Below are positions 10,892-20,972 of a stretch of DNA of 34,911 nt, in pieces. The notes below the pieces were generated by a model. That model was not told where the DNA came from and did not search any database. It was given only the letters and a program-made list of their open reading frames with translations. The first letter of the stretch is position 1. The number at the start of each line of letters is the position of its first letter. A program made the position numbers and the translations under genes. Origin of the DNA: Nitrosospira sp. (lineage in GTDB: Bacteria > Pseudomonadota > Gammaproteobacteria > Burkholderiales > Nitrosomonadaceae); contig DATEEZ010000184.1 of NCBI GenBank assembly GCA_035280905.1, positions 1 to 34,911 on the forward strand, in the 5' to 3' direction.

Positions 10892-13222
10892 CTAGTTTGA
10901 CAGAAAGTCGTTTATGATGTCCTCCACCGACCTGATCGTGATATCCACCGGATCCTCCTCTTCGGGAGGGAGTTGCTCCTCCATGAAGTATTCCTCCAAC
11001 GTCGCGCCGTTGCCCCTCAGGCCGGTTTCCGGATTGATCCTGGCGGTTGTGATACCACTCGGAGGGGAGAAGGATGCGACCGGTACACCTTTCAACGCCT
11101 TGTCCATATAACTCATCCAGATGGGAAGTGCCGACCGACCGCCGGTTTCCTTGTCTCCCAGCGATTTCGGATTATCGAAGCCGATCCAGGCAATGGCAAC
11201 CAGATCGGGTTGATATCCGCAGAACCAGGCGTCGACATAATTACTGGTAGTGCCGGTTTTACCAGCCAGATCGGTACGGCCTAACTGTTTCGCTCTGGTT
11301 GCGGTTCCGCGCTGCACCACATCCCGCATCATGCTGGTCATGAGAAAGGCATTGCGTGGATCGATAATCTGTTTGGCATTTTCGCCCGCCAGCGGGGGCT
11401 TCGATTGCTCCACGATATTGCCATTGACATCCTCCACGCGTTGTATGAGATAGGGGGATATCAGAAATCCGCCATTGGCGAATGCAGCGTAACCTACCGC
11501 CATTTGCATTGGGGTCACTGAACCGGCGCCGAGCGCCATCGCAAGGTAGGCGGGTTGTTGCTTGGGATCAAAACCGAAGCGTGTCACGTAATCCTGCGCG
11601 TACTGCACATCGATTGCCTGCAGAATGCGAATGGACACCAGATTCTTTGATTTGGTCAGGGCTTCACGCATGCGCACCGGGCCCTCATAGCTGTCCTCGA
11701 AATTTCGGGGATCCCACTGATCGCTCCCGGTCTCCTCGGCTGTAAACGATAGCGGGGCATCATTGATGACAGTCGCCGGCGTGAAGCCTTTTTCCAGAGA
11801 CGCAGAATAAATGAATGGTTTGAAGCTGGAGCCCGGCTGGCGCCATGCCTGAGTAACGTGGTTGAACTGGCTACGGTTGAAGTCAAAGCCTCCCACCATG
11901 GCGCGAATCGCTCCGTCGTGGGGGTTAATGGCGACCAGTGAGGCCTCTACCTGCGGCAGCTGGGTAATCTCCCAGGCGCCCTTTTCGTTTTTGCGAACAC
12001 GGATCAGGGAGCCGGGCCGAATAACCTGTTGGTTGGCCGCAGGTTTGGCAATCAGAAATTTATGCGCAAATTTGAGTCCGTCGCCCTTGATTTCGATGAT
12101 CTCGCCGCCTTTGCGGTATGCCTTGACCCGCCTCGGATTTGCCTCCAGCGCCACCGCAGCGAGAATTCCATCGCTGTCAGTTACCTCCTGCAAGGCTTCC
12201 TCGAGTATTTCTTCCCGCTTCAAGTCCTCCGCCGACAGCTTTATAACCGCTTCTGGACCGCGGTAACCATGCCGGTTGTCATAGTCCAGCACGCCCTGGC
12301 GTACCGCATTATAAGCAGCTTCCTGGTCGAGAAAGCGGATAGTGGTATAGACCTTGTAACCTCTCGTGTACGCATCCTCGTGGTGGCGCTGATACATGGC
12401 CTGGCGCGCCATTTCCGCAGCGTAATCCGCCCGCAGGGCGTATTCCTGCGATTCCCGCCTGATTTGCAGCGGTTGTTTTTCCGCTTGTTCGAACTCCTCG
12501 TTCGGGATGTAGCCCAGGTCACGCATGCGCCTGAGCACATATACCTGCCGTGCTCTCGCGCGCTGGGGGTTGACGACCGGATTGAAACGCGAAGGCGCCT
12601 TGGGGAGTCCGGCGAGCATTGCGGCTTCCGCCAGATTGATCTTGTTCAGGCTTTTACCGAAGTAAACCTGCGCGGCAGCGGCAAAACCGTACGAACGCTG
12701 ACCGAGATAAATCTGGTTGAAGTAGAGCTCGAGAATCTGGTCCTTGCTTAAACTGTGTTCGATCTTGAATGCAAGTAGAGCTTCGCTGAATTTACGGTTC
12801 AGTGTTTTTTCCTTTGTCAGGAAAAAATTTCGTGCCACCTGCATCGTGATGGTGCTGGCACCCTGGCGGAGGCCCCCGGAGGTGAAATTGGAATACGCGG
12901 CACGCAATATGCCGGTGTAGTCTACCCCGCCATGCTGATAAAACCGGTCGTCTTCGGCAGCTAAAATTGCCTGTTTCAGCCGCAGCGGAACTGATTCGAT
13001 TTTGACAACCTGGCGCCGTTCTTCTCCAAACTCGCCGATCAGGATGCCCTCTGCGCTATATACGCGTAACGGTACCTTCGGCCGATAGTCTGTCAAAGCC
13101 TCGAGCGAGGGTAACGCACGGATGGTTACCAATGCCGCGAAACCGAAAACCAGGGCCCCGATGAAACCCAATGCAAAAAGCGCGGCCAAAGGGTAAGCCC
13201 ACCACCGCCATCGCGCTAGCAT
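10892..13222 (-). CDS. mrcA: Penicillin-binding protein 1A
   Basis: N-terminal TM, transglycosylase EDDRFYQHGG and GASTITMQVARN, transpeptidase SSFK, SKN, KTGT. Confidence 0.96.
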   Translation of the reverse strand: MLARWRWWAYPLAALFALGFIGALVFGFAALVTIRALPSLEALTDYRPKVPLRVYSAEGILIGEFGEERRQVVKIESVPLRLKQAILAAEDDRFYQHGGVDYTGILRAAYSNFTSGGLRQGASTITMQVARNFFLTKEKTLNRKFSEALLAFKIEHSLSKDQILELYFNQIYLGQRSYGFAAAAQVYFGKSLNKINLAEAAMLAGLPKAPSRFNPVVNPQRARARQVYVLRRMRDLGYIPNEEFEQAEKQPLQIRRESQEYALRADYAAEMARQAMYQRHHEDAYTRGYKVYTTIRFLDQEAAYNAVRQGVLDYDNRHGYRGPEAVIKLSAEDLKREEILEEALQEVTDSDGILAAVALEANPRRVKAYRKGGEIIEIKGDGLKFAHKFLIAKPAANQQVIRPGSLIRVRKNEKGAWEITQLPQVEASLVAINPHDGAIRAMVGGFDFNRSQFNHVTQAWRQPGSSFKPFIYSASLEKGFTPATVINDAPLSFTAEETGSDQWDPRNFEDSYEGPVRMREALTKSKNLVSIRILQAIDVQYAQDYVTRFGFDPKQQPAYLAMALGAGSVTPMQMAVGYAAFANGGFLISPYLIQRVEDVNGNIVEQSKPPLAGENAKQIIDPRNAFLMTSMMRDVVQRGTATRAKQLGRTDLAGKTGTTSNYVDAWFCGYQPDLVAIAWIGFDNPKSLGDKETGGRSALPIWMSYMDKALKGVPVASFSPPSGITTARINPETGLRGNGATLEEYFMEEQLPPEEEDPVDITIRSVEDIINDFLSN

Positions 13223-13375
13223 GTGAGTAGGTTCTTGCAGAGGAAGGTTAAAGCAAACATGGGAGCGCTATAAAAATAAAACTGCATTAATGACAGGCAC
13301 AGCAATCGCTCAGAGAGCATTGGCAGGGCATTTTGAAAGATTTTTCGGAAAAAGCAAGGTCAGCGGTTCAGTTTC

Positions 13376-13765
13376 TTACGAGATGGGGGAAAAAACTGCG
13401 GGATTTTTTGTCAGGGCAACCAGTACGATATAAATGAATACGAATTGAGCTGCGACACATGCCAGTATTTTTGCTTTACGCGTTTTTCCAAATCTTAGCG
13501 CCGTCATACCCAGGCCAATATATAGCAGCAGACCGGCAATTTTGGCGCTGAGCCAGGAGTCATGTATCGGATCCTGATGAATACGGATAGCCAGCGCAAC
13601 AGCACTCGCAAGCAGAACTGTATCCACCACATGAGGTGTAATTTTTACCCAGCGCTGTTTCAACGCGGCGGATCCCCGGATCATCCAGATGCTGCGCAGT
13701 GAAAACAAAAGATAGCTTATTATAACGCTACTGACATGGAGCATTTTTATTGCTGCATAACTCAT
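13376..13765 (-). CDS. SirB2-family membrane protein
   Basis: YAAIKMLH, KITPHVVDTVLLASA, WLSAK; true start probably ATG 13765, coupled to the upstream gene. Confidence 0.85.
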   Translation of the reverse strand: MSYAAIKMLHVSSVIISYLLFSLRSIWMIRGSAALKQRWVKITPHVVDTVLLASAVALAIRIHQDPIHDSWLSAKIAGLLLYIGLGMTALRFGKTRKAKILACVAAQFVFIYIVLVALTKNPAVFSPIS

Positions 13766-13767
13766 GC

Positions 13768-14250
13768 CTATCCCCCCTGCTGCATCCAGCCGTGGCTGCC
13801 CGCCACTGCGCCAGCAATGGTAACGAGGCTTAAGCTCAGCAATATCCAATGCATCCGCTGTGCCAGTGCAAAAGTCTTCGCGGGATCGCGTTGGGACGTT
13901 TTTGCCTTCTGCCTGCGAAATACCAGAGGTTCCACTATAAACAGCATCAAGGTGAAGATCATCCACACGGCAACCATGGCATGCATCCACCAGAAGCGGA
14001 TTTCAGTAAAACGGTGCCAGACGTCGAGAACATACACCATGTAGAAGCCACTCAAGCCCACGACTAACGTTGTCCAGCGCGCCTGAGGAGCAAAGCGGTT
14101 TTCGATGTGGCCGAAAAATTCGGTCCGCTCAGTTGAGGATTTCATTTTTGCCATGATGGGAAACAGCACCGCTGTCACCATGGCGACACCTCCGATCCAC
14201 AACACAACTCCCAGCACATGCAGCACTCTGGCAAACGCAAATTCATTCAT
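13768..14250 (-). CDS. Hypothetical 4-TM membrane protein with conserved His residues
   Basis: ARVLHVLGVVLWIGG, WWMHAM, AGSHG; hydrophobic segments. Confidence 0.8.
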   Translation of the reverse strand: MNEFAFARVLHVLGVVLWIGGVAMVTAVLFPIMAKMKSSTERTEFFGHIENRFAPQARWTTLVVGLSGFYMVYVLDVWHRFTEIRFWWMHAMVAVWMIFTLMLFIVEPLVFRRQKAKTSQRDPAKTFALAQRMHWILLSLSLVTIAGAVAGSHGWMQQGG

Positions 14251-14414
14251 CAGGTTTTCCGTTCCGCTATTTCCGAGCTAAGACTTCCTGTGTAAATACT
14301 AGTTCTGGCACAGGCCGCATTTGTGCACCTTTGTTTCCCCAACCACTTTTCTGGGGGCGCGGATAAAAGATGATGCGGTATCGGTATCGAAATTTGCAAG
14401 GTAAATCTGTTTCA

Positions 14415-15827
14415 TCAATCCAGCGCCTGTGCACCGAGCGCCTCACAGCCTGCAAGGTCGGATTCGCGGCAGCGGGGAAGTTGCCTCGAAAGATCGCGCA
14501 ACGCCGTTCGCAGACCTTCTTCCAGGACGGGATGATAAAAGGGCATTCGCAGCATGTCATGCACGGTGAGTGAACGGTCGATTGCCAACGCCAGCAGGTG
14601 CCCCATGTGCTCCGCACCGGGACTGCACATTTCAGCTCCAAGCAGCCTGCCGTTGACCGGTTCGGCATAAATTCGCAGAATGCCGTCGTCACGTTGCGCC
14701 ATGCGGGCTCGGCTCTGATGTTCGAAGCGCGCTTCTCCAGCCAATGTTCCGCTGCTGAGAGAGGCATGTTTTTTACCTACGATCGCTATACCGGGATTGG
14801 TAAACACGATCGCAAGTGGCGTGCGACGCTCAAAGCGAATGGAGGCGGGGTGGGCGACATTGATTCCTGCAATGTGCCCCTCGTCCGCTGCCTCGTGCAA
14901 TAGGGGCCTCATGCCGTTGACATCTCCTGCCATGAAAACCGGCAGGTCGGCTATCCGCATGGTATGGGGGTCAACAGGGGGCAGCCCCTTCTCATCCAAC
15001 CGGATGCCCAATGTCTCCAGTCCCAGGTTCTCGATATTAGGCCTGCGGCCCAGGCTGGCAAGAACAGCATCAACCAGGGTTTCCTGTGTCCCGGCACACA
15101 CCCGGATACCTCCATCGGCCACTTGGAGATCAGCCTGTTCGCCCAGATGTACCCCGAACTCGTCTCTTAGAAGCTCTGCCGCAACAGCATTAACCTCCGG
15201 GTCGCTCAAACCGGCGACGGTGTCGCTTTTATTGTACCCCGTTACCTCGATTCCCAGCCGTGCGAGCGCTTGAGCCATTTCCACACCCACCGCCCCCAGG
15301 CCGATGACTGCTACATGGGCGGGGAGAGCTTCCTGTTCGAATAACGTATCAGTCGTCAGGATCTGCCTGTCCAATGCAAGCCAGGAGGAAGGTACAAACG
15401 ACCGCGAGCCGGTGGCAATGATAATGTTTCGAGCGCGCAATTCCCGTCCGTTTACCTCGAGCCTTCCTGTTTCCAGAAGGCGCGCACGCCCAGAAATAGC
15501 CCGCTCTCCCAGCACTTCCGTCGCCTTCAGCGTGCTGGCCACAAAGTCGTCACGCAGTCGGCGTACCCGTCGCAGGATAGCCGCAATATCAGGCGTGAGG
15601 CAATCTGCTCCGTCGATACCGAATTCCTCAAAGGAGGTACGACGATGGAACGCTTTTGCCGCCTCGATCAGCGCCTTGGAGGGCATGCACCCCACACGGG
15701 CGCAGACTGTCCCCCAGGGACCATCGTTAATAATGGCGAAATTATCAGTTCGTTTCTTTACTTCCCTGAGAGCAGCCAGCCCCGCAGTGCCGGCACCAAT
15801 GATGATGACATCGAAAATTTCACTCAC
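14415..15827 (-). CDS. Dihydrolipoyl dehydrogenase-like pyridine nucleotide-disulfide oxidoreductase
   Basis: GAGTAG FAD site, CARVGCMPSK redox disulfide, GLGAVG NAD site, HPVLEE; GTG start. Confidence 0.9.
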   Translation of the reverse strand: MSEIFDVIIIGAGTAGLAALREVKKRTDNFAIINDGPWGTVCARVGCMPSKALIEAAKAFHRRTSFEEFGIDGADCLTPDIAAILRRVRRLRDDFVASTLKATEVLGERAISGRARLLETGRLEVNGRELRARNIIIATGSRSFVPSSWLALDRQILTTDTLFEQEALPAHVAVIGLGAVGVEMAQALARLGIEVTGYNKSDTVAGLSDPEVNAVAAELLRDEFGVHLGEQADLQVADGGIRVCAGTQETLVDAVLASLGRRPNIENLGLETLGIRLDEKGLPPVDPHTMRIADLPVFMAGDVNGMRPLLHEAADEGHIAGINVAHPASIRFERRTPLAIVFTNPGIAIVGKKHASLSSGTLAGEARFEHQSRARMAQRDDGILRIYAEPVNGRLLGAEMCSPGAEHMGHLLALAIDRSLTVHDMLRMPFYHPVLEEGLRTALRDLSRQLPRCRESDLAGCEALGAQALD

Positions 15828-15971
15828 GGGATGGTCTCTTCAGAAGAAATGTTGGACGAATTTATATGAAATGAAGTGCTCCTGCCTTGATCTGGCAATT
15901 GAACTGCGAGAACCATTTGCAGACCATTCCCTGCCAGCCAGTTGTTCTGGTGAAGGGAAGGGACGTGTTAC

Positions 15972-16859
15972 TCAGCGGTTACTGTTTGCGCCCCGAGGTG
16001 CAGATTCAACTCGGCGAGCTTCTTTTCTGGCTTCTGGCTCTATACGTGCTGTCAGCCACTCGCGGGAAACCTTCTGCGCCTGCGCCAGTTGCTTGCTGCT
16101 TAGCGCCCGCATGACTTCATCCCGGGCCGCCACAGCCTGCTGAACACCGGCCGCCGCCGCAAGATTCAACCATACATAGCTTTGCACATGGTCCGTGGGG
16201 AGGCCGTATCCGTTGCGATAGATAAGGCCCAGCTCGTATTGCGCGGGCCCGTAGCCTTGCTCGGCGGCCAGTTTGAGCCATTTGGCAGCCTCAGCAAAGT
16301 CCTGGAGCGCGCCGTTTCCGGTCAGATACAGCAGTCCGAGCTTGTACTGGGAATCCGCATCCCCGTTATCCGCGCCCTCCTGATATAACTGAACCGCAAA
16401 ACGATGATCGTCCAGAGGTTTTCGCGCGGGAGCGGGGGAGGTGATGCCCGGGGGCGATTGTGTGACGTCAGGAGTTCTGCCGGCGACAAGCGCCGCGCTG
16501 GGAATAGCTCCCTGACCATTCCGCGGTTTGCTGACCGTCGTGGAGGCAATGGGCTCTTCAGTTTTAGTTTCCGCAACTGGTTCCACATAATGATCAGCCA
16601 TGTTGTGCTCTATGATCAGCCAGACCGTTGTAACCAGCAATGCACCGAGGAACAGCACTCCCCCCAATGCAAGAAAGGCATTCGGATTTTTCACCCAGAA
16701 GCGCTCCTTGCATTGCCGGCAACGTATGGGCCGAAGGAACAGCATGTCAAATGTTCGCTCGCCGGGACGCACGCGAGAATGATGCGTTTTTTCGCTCCCG
16801 CATTTGACGCATTTTGGGTACATGATATCGGGTAGGGCAGTCCTGCTCGAGGAACTCAT
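15972..16859 (-). CDS. Membrane-anchored Sel1-repeat protein with N-terminal CxxC/CxxC zinc-ribbon-like domain
   Basis: CVKC...CRQC, one TM, Pro/Thr-rich linker, Sel1 repeats (SQYKLGLLYLTGNG, AQYELGLIYRNGYG); start uncertain (16859 or 16823). Confidence 0.8.
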   Translation of the reverse strand: MSSSSRTALPDIMYPKCVKCGSEKTHHSRVRPGERTFDMLFLRPIRCRQCKERFWVKNPNAFLALGGVLFLGALLVTTVWLIIEHNMADHYVEPVAETKTEEPIASTTVSKPRNGQGAIPSAALVAGRTPDVTQSPPGITSPAPARKPLDDHRFAVQLYQEGADNGDADSQYKLGLLYLTGNGALQDFAEAAKWLKLAAEQGYGPAQYELGLIYRNGYGLPTDHVQSYVWLNLAAAAGVQQAVAARDEVMRALSSKQLAQAQKVSREWLTARIEPEARKEARRVESAPRGANSNR

Positions 16860-17044
16860 AGCGGTGTTTGTAATTGTTTTTCCCGCCAGTCTAAATATTG
16901 CCTGTGCGAGCGTCAACCCACGAACACGGCAGGCGGGGCCGTGGATTGATCTGCTGCAGTTTCTTTCCAATCAGAGGCAAGTGGGTAAGACTAAAGAGCT
17001 TGAGTATTTGCAGTTCGACAGCCTCCCACATCGGAGCGTAGTCC

Positions 17045-17276
17045 GGATATTTCACCGGATCACGGGATGATGGTGAGGTGTTCTGGGAGTAGATTTGCGT
17101 ATCCCGCGCCAAGCCAAATAACCGGGCCTGTTGGCGCGAGGTGGGGGAAGATGCCGCAAAACACCCATCAGCGTCCGCGAAGGCCGATGGTACAAACTGG
17201 ATTTCAGCACTTCATTGATCAAATATCAGTGTTCATACCCCTTTCTACAATTTTCAGGTGGTTTGGTGAAATATCC
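17045..17276. repeat. Inverted-repeat-bounded structured intergenic element (possible fourth MITE family)
   Basis: Perfect 12-bp IR GGATATTTCACC (17045-17056) / GGTGAAATATCC (17265-17276); internal CGCGCCAA/TTGGCGCG hairpin. Confidence 0.4.
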
Positions 17277-17279
17277 AAG

Positions 17280-18197
17280 CTAGATTCCAGCGCCGCCGTC
17301 AAACACCTCGCTGCGTGTCTGCGCCTGGGAAATGACGCTGCCGGGAGGCACGCTGCGGGTGAGCCAGACATTGCCACCAATGGTTGAGCCTCGACCGATC
17401 GTAATGCGTCCCAGGATCGTTGCGCCCGCGTAGATTACGACGTCATCCTCGACAATAGGATGACGCAAGTTGCCTTTTACCAGTGCCCCATGCTCATCCA
17501 CGGGAAAGCGCTTGGCGCCGAGAGTGACAGCCTGGTACAGGCGTACATGTTCTCCGATGATGGCAGTCTCGCCGATGACCACGCCTGTCCCATGGTCTAT
17601 GAAGAAAAATCCGCCGATCTGTGCACCCGGATGGATTTCGATGCCCGTGGAGGAATGAGCGATTTCCGAAATCATTCTGGCGATCAACGGCGCACCCAGC
17701 CGGTGCAGCTCGTGTGCCAGTCTGTAATAGATAATGGCGGTAATTCCGGGGTAGCATACCAGAACCTCATCAACGCTTCGTGCAGCCGGGTCTCCTTCAT
17801 AGGCTGCCTGAATGTCGCTTTCAAGCAAACTGCGTATACATGGCAGTCTTTGAGCAAAGGCTTGCGTGATCGCCGCTGCCCGCTCCCTTTCAGAGTTACC
17901 TGGCGCGTCCGCGCCGGCAGCAAAGCGCAATTCGCGACGCACCTGCACCATCAGTTCCCGCAGCGTTACATCGAGTGTATGTCCCACATAATAATCGACA
18001 CTCTCATCGGTGAGATCGGGCATTCCCAGACGGTTGGGAAACAGTACAGCTCTCAGTCCATCTGCAATGCCGATCAACACCTTGCGGGAAGGAAGCTTGG
18101 GTGGCCTGTCGCGTCTCTGCCGGTTTTCCAGGGATTTGAGTCGTAATGCGCGCAATTCGGACACCACGCTGCCAATTTCCAGCCCTGTTTGTTTCAA
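17280..18197 (-). CDS. cysE: Serine O-acetyltransferase (EpsC/CysE type)
   Basis: GDPAA, CYPG, TGIEIHPGAQIG, IDHGTGVVIGET, RHPIVED; downstream of cysK; TTG start. Confidence 0.93.
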   Translation of the reverse strand: MKQTGLEIGSVVSELRALRLKSLENRQRRDRPPKLPSRKVLIGIADGLRAVLFPNRLGMPDLTDESVDYYVGHTLDVTLRELMVQVRRELRFAAGADAPGNSERERAAAITQAFAQRLPCIRSLLESDIQAAYEGDPAARSVDEVLVCYPGITAIIYYRLAHELHRLGAPLIARMISEIAHSSTGIEIHPGAQIGGFFFIDHGTGVVIGETAIIGEHVRLYQAVTLGAKRFPVDEHGALVKGNLRHPIVEDDVVIYAGATILGRITIGRGSTIGGNVWLTRSVPPGSVISQAQTRSEVFDGGAGI

Positions 18198-18250
18198 TCA
18201 GAAATACTCCTTCATTTGTTATCACATCAACCGAGCCTATCCTGAGCCTC

Positions 18251-19204
18251 CTACATGTCGTCAAAAAGATTGGAGCTCAGATAGCGTTCTCCCGAATCCG
18301 GCAGAACGACGATGATAGTCTTTCCGGCATTTTCCCTTCGCTTCGCATAATTTACCGCGGCTGCGACCGCCGCACCGGATGAAATCCCTGCGATAATGCC
18401 TTCTTCGCGTGCAAGACGGCGCGCATAGCGAACTGAGTCCTCATTGCTTATCTGCTGTACGTCATCCACCAGCGTCAGATCCAAATTTGCGGGAATGAAA
18501 CCTGCACCAATTCCCGGAATCCGGTGAGGTCCGGGTTTCAATGGCTCGCCTGCGCGGTACTGCGCGATCACCGGACTGGCAGAGGGCTCAACGGCGACCG
18601 AGATGAGGGGCTTTTTCTTCGTTCCCTTTATGTATCGCGAAACACCAGTAATGGTGCCTCCCGTGCCTACGCCGGCAACAAAAATATCCACTGCACCGTC
18701 AGTGTCGTTCCAGATTTCCGGCCCCGTAGTACGTTCGTGAACGGCAGGATTGGCCGGGTTGGAAAATTGCTGAAGCAGGAGATATCGAACTGGATCGGAA
18801 GCAACGATTTCCTCTGCCTTCGCCACCGCACCTTTCATACCCTTGGCGCCTTCGGTCAGAACCAGTTTTGCCCCGTAAGCGACAAGCAGCTTGCGGCGCT
18901 CCAGACCCATGGTTTCGGGCATGGTCAAGATCAGAGGTATACCACGGGCAGCCGCAACAGAAGCAAGGGCGATGCCTGTATTGCCGCTGGTAGGTTCCAC
19001 CAGTTCTTTTCCGGGATGAAGCAGCCCGCGATGTTCCGCGTCTTCAATCATTGCCGCGCCGATACGGCATTTTACCGAATAAGCAGGATTACGGCCTTCG
19101 ATCTTGGCTAGTACCATTGCCGGGGCCCCATCGGTGATGCGATTAAGCCGGACCAGAGGCGTGTGCCCGGTGGTCTGAGAATTATCTTTGAACCAGTGGG
19201 GCAT
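18251..19204 (-). CDS. cysK: Cysteine synthase A
   Basis: [13 protein letters not shown] (PLP lysine), [24 protein letters not shown]. Confidence 0.97.
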   Translation of the reverse strand: MPHWFKDNSQTTGHTPLVRLNRITDGAPAMVLAKIEGRNPAYSVKCRIGAAMIEDAEHRGLLHPGKELVEPTSGNTGIALASVAAARGIPLILTMPETMGLERRKLLVAYGAKLVLTEGAKGMKGAVAKAEEIVASDPVRYLLLQQFSNPANPAVHERTTGPEIWNDTDGAVDIFVAGVGTGGTITGVSRYIKGTKKKPLISVAVEPSASPVIAQYRAGEPLKPGPHRIPGIGAGFIPANLDLTLVDDVQQISNEDSVRYARRLAREEGIIAGISSGAAVAAAVNYAKRRENAGKTIIVVLPDSGERYLSSNLFDDM

Positions 19205-19313
19205 TTTCGATGCATCCTTCCATATGCGAATTGTCCCGGAACACTGTTAGCGGCTCGAACGGGATCTGCTTCCCTCCGGGGAGGTTATGCTTATTGTTCA
19301 TTAAGGAACCTTT

Positions 19314-19532
19314 GAGATCCCTAAGCAAATCCTTCGCAAGCACGACGAGTTGCGGCATGGAGTGCGCGAAAGGCTGCGACACGAATGGTTCAACCATAAC
19401 CAAATGGCTCAACCATAAACCATATAGTGAGAGCGGTACTTCCAAAGGAAGATAAGATGCGATCCCGCAGCAAGATGCCGCCCCAGCCCTGCCTTGAGCC
19501 CACGCTTTGCGGAGGCTCTGTTCAGCGGTTCC
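19314..19532. mobile_element. Degenerate second copy of MITE family B, inverted relative to 4577-4931
   Basis: Both ends and an internal ~45-bp block (19431-19478) align with the reverse complement of the 4577-4931 element. Confidence 0.7.
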
Positions 19533-19614
19533 GCAAGTATCTGCTGGTCGCTTATAATAGCCGGTTTTATTGCCGGACTGGCTATTTCGATGAAGACAAT
19601 CTGCAAGGCAGCGT

Positions 19615-20940
19615 GTGAAATTCATTGACCTGCCGATAGTCGGGCGTGCTCAGGGCGTCGTTCGCTTGCCTGGCTCAAAGAGCATTTCCAATCGAATCCT
19701 GTTGCTTGCCGCGCTGTCCAAGGGGGTGACCGATATATGCGATCTGCTCGCTTCCGATGATACAGCCCGCATGCTCGACGCGCTCTCCACTCTGGGTGTA
19801 TCCATCCTTCAGATTGATAAAGACCGTTATCGCGTGCAGGGGGTGGGGGGGCAGTTTCCCCTTCGTTTTCCTACAACCGAAGCGGATTTGTTTTTAGGGA
19901 ACGCAGGTACCGTTTTCCGTCCATTGACAGCCGTACTGGCGTTTGCTCAAGGGCACTACCGCTTGTCCGGCGTGCCGCGAATGCATGAACGCCCCATTGG
20001 CGATCTGGTCGACGCCCTACGTCAAGTAGGCGCGGATATTACCTATCTCAGGAAGGAAGGTTTCCCGCCGCTCCAGATCAAACCCGGGCAAATTCATTCT
20101 GGAGAGATAACGGTAAAGGGCGACGTATCGAGCCAGTTCCTCACCGCTCTGCTGATGGTGCTGCCTTTCCTCTCCACAGAAATGGATGAATTGCCGGTCA
20201 TCACGGTTACAGGGGAGCTGATTTCGCGACCCTATATCGATCTTACCATCGCCTTGATGGCACGTTTTGACGTGAAGGTGGAGCGGGAGAACTGGCGTCG
20301 CTTTACAGTACCCGCAAATCAGCGCTATCGCAGTCCTCATCAGGTATTCGTCGAGGGGGACGCGTCCTCCGCCTCCTATTTTCTTGCAGCCGGCGCTATC
20401 GGCGGAGGGCCTGTACGCGTCGAAGGCCTGGGACGCGACAGTGTCCAGGGAGACATTCGTTTTGCCGAAGCGCTCGAGCAGATGGGAGCGGATATCAGAT
20501 TTGGCAATAACTGGATCGAAGCAAGCGCCCCCGGGTCCAGCGGTCTGCGAGCAATCGATCTCGACTGCAATCATATTCCGGATGCAGCAATGACGCTCGC
20601 AGTGATCGCCCTGTTCGCGCGTGGAACCACCGTTCTCAGGAATATTGCGAGCTGGCGCGTGAAGGAAACCGACCGTATTGCAGCCATGGGGCAGGAATTG
20701 CGCAAACTCGGCGCAGAGGTGGAGGAAGGGCACGATTTTCTGCGTATCAGGCCACCTGGAGAACTGGTTGCGAATACGGCTATTGATACCTATGATGATC
20801 ACCGCATGGCAATGTGTTTTTCTCTTGTGTCTTTTGGCGCGCCTGTTCGAATTAATGATCCCCAGTGTGTCTCAAAGACGTTTCCCGATTATTTCGAAAA
20901 GTTCGCGGCAATCGCCCATGCCGATCCAGCTTGGAGGTAA
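19615..20940 (+). CDS. aroA: 3-phosphoshikimate 1-carboxyvinyltransferase (EPSP synthase)
   Basis: [35 protein letters not shown]. Confidence 0.98.
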   Translation: MKFIDLPIVGRAQGVVRLPGSKSISNRILLLAALSKGVTDICDLLASDDTARMLDALSTLGVSILQIDKDRYRVQGVGGQFPLRFPTTEADLFLGNAGTVFRPLTAVLAFAQGHYRLSGVPRMHERPIGDLVDALRQVGADITYLRKEGFPPLQIKPGQIHSGEITVKGDVSSQFLTALLMVLPFLSTEMDELPVITVTGELISRPYIDLTIALMARFDVKVERENWRRFTVPANQRYRSPHQVFVEGDASSASYFLAAGAIGGGPVRVEGLGRDSVQGDIRFAEALEQMGADIRFGNNWIEASAPGSSGLRAIDLDCNHIPDAAMTLAVIALFARGTTVLRNIASWRVKETDRIAAMGQELRKLGAEVEEGHDFLRIRPPGELVANTAIDTYDDHRMAMCFSLVSFGAPVRINDPQCVSKTFPDYFEKFAAIAHADPAWR

Positions 20941-20972
20941 ATTCGCCGCCAGGTCTACTCTTTTGATATTTT

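Noticed and set aside
13766-13990. N-terminal 75 aa of the 204-aa SirB2 ORF
   Set aside because: Overlaps the upstream membrane-protein gene; family similarity begins at ATG 13765
17213-17231. FNR box
   Set aside because: Spacing is N5 rather than N4 and the second half is ATCAG
19384-19422. Tandem repeat as a CRISPR remnant
   Set aside because: Only two adjacent units, no spacers and no cas genes
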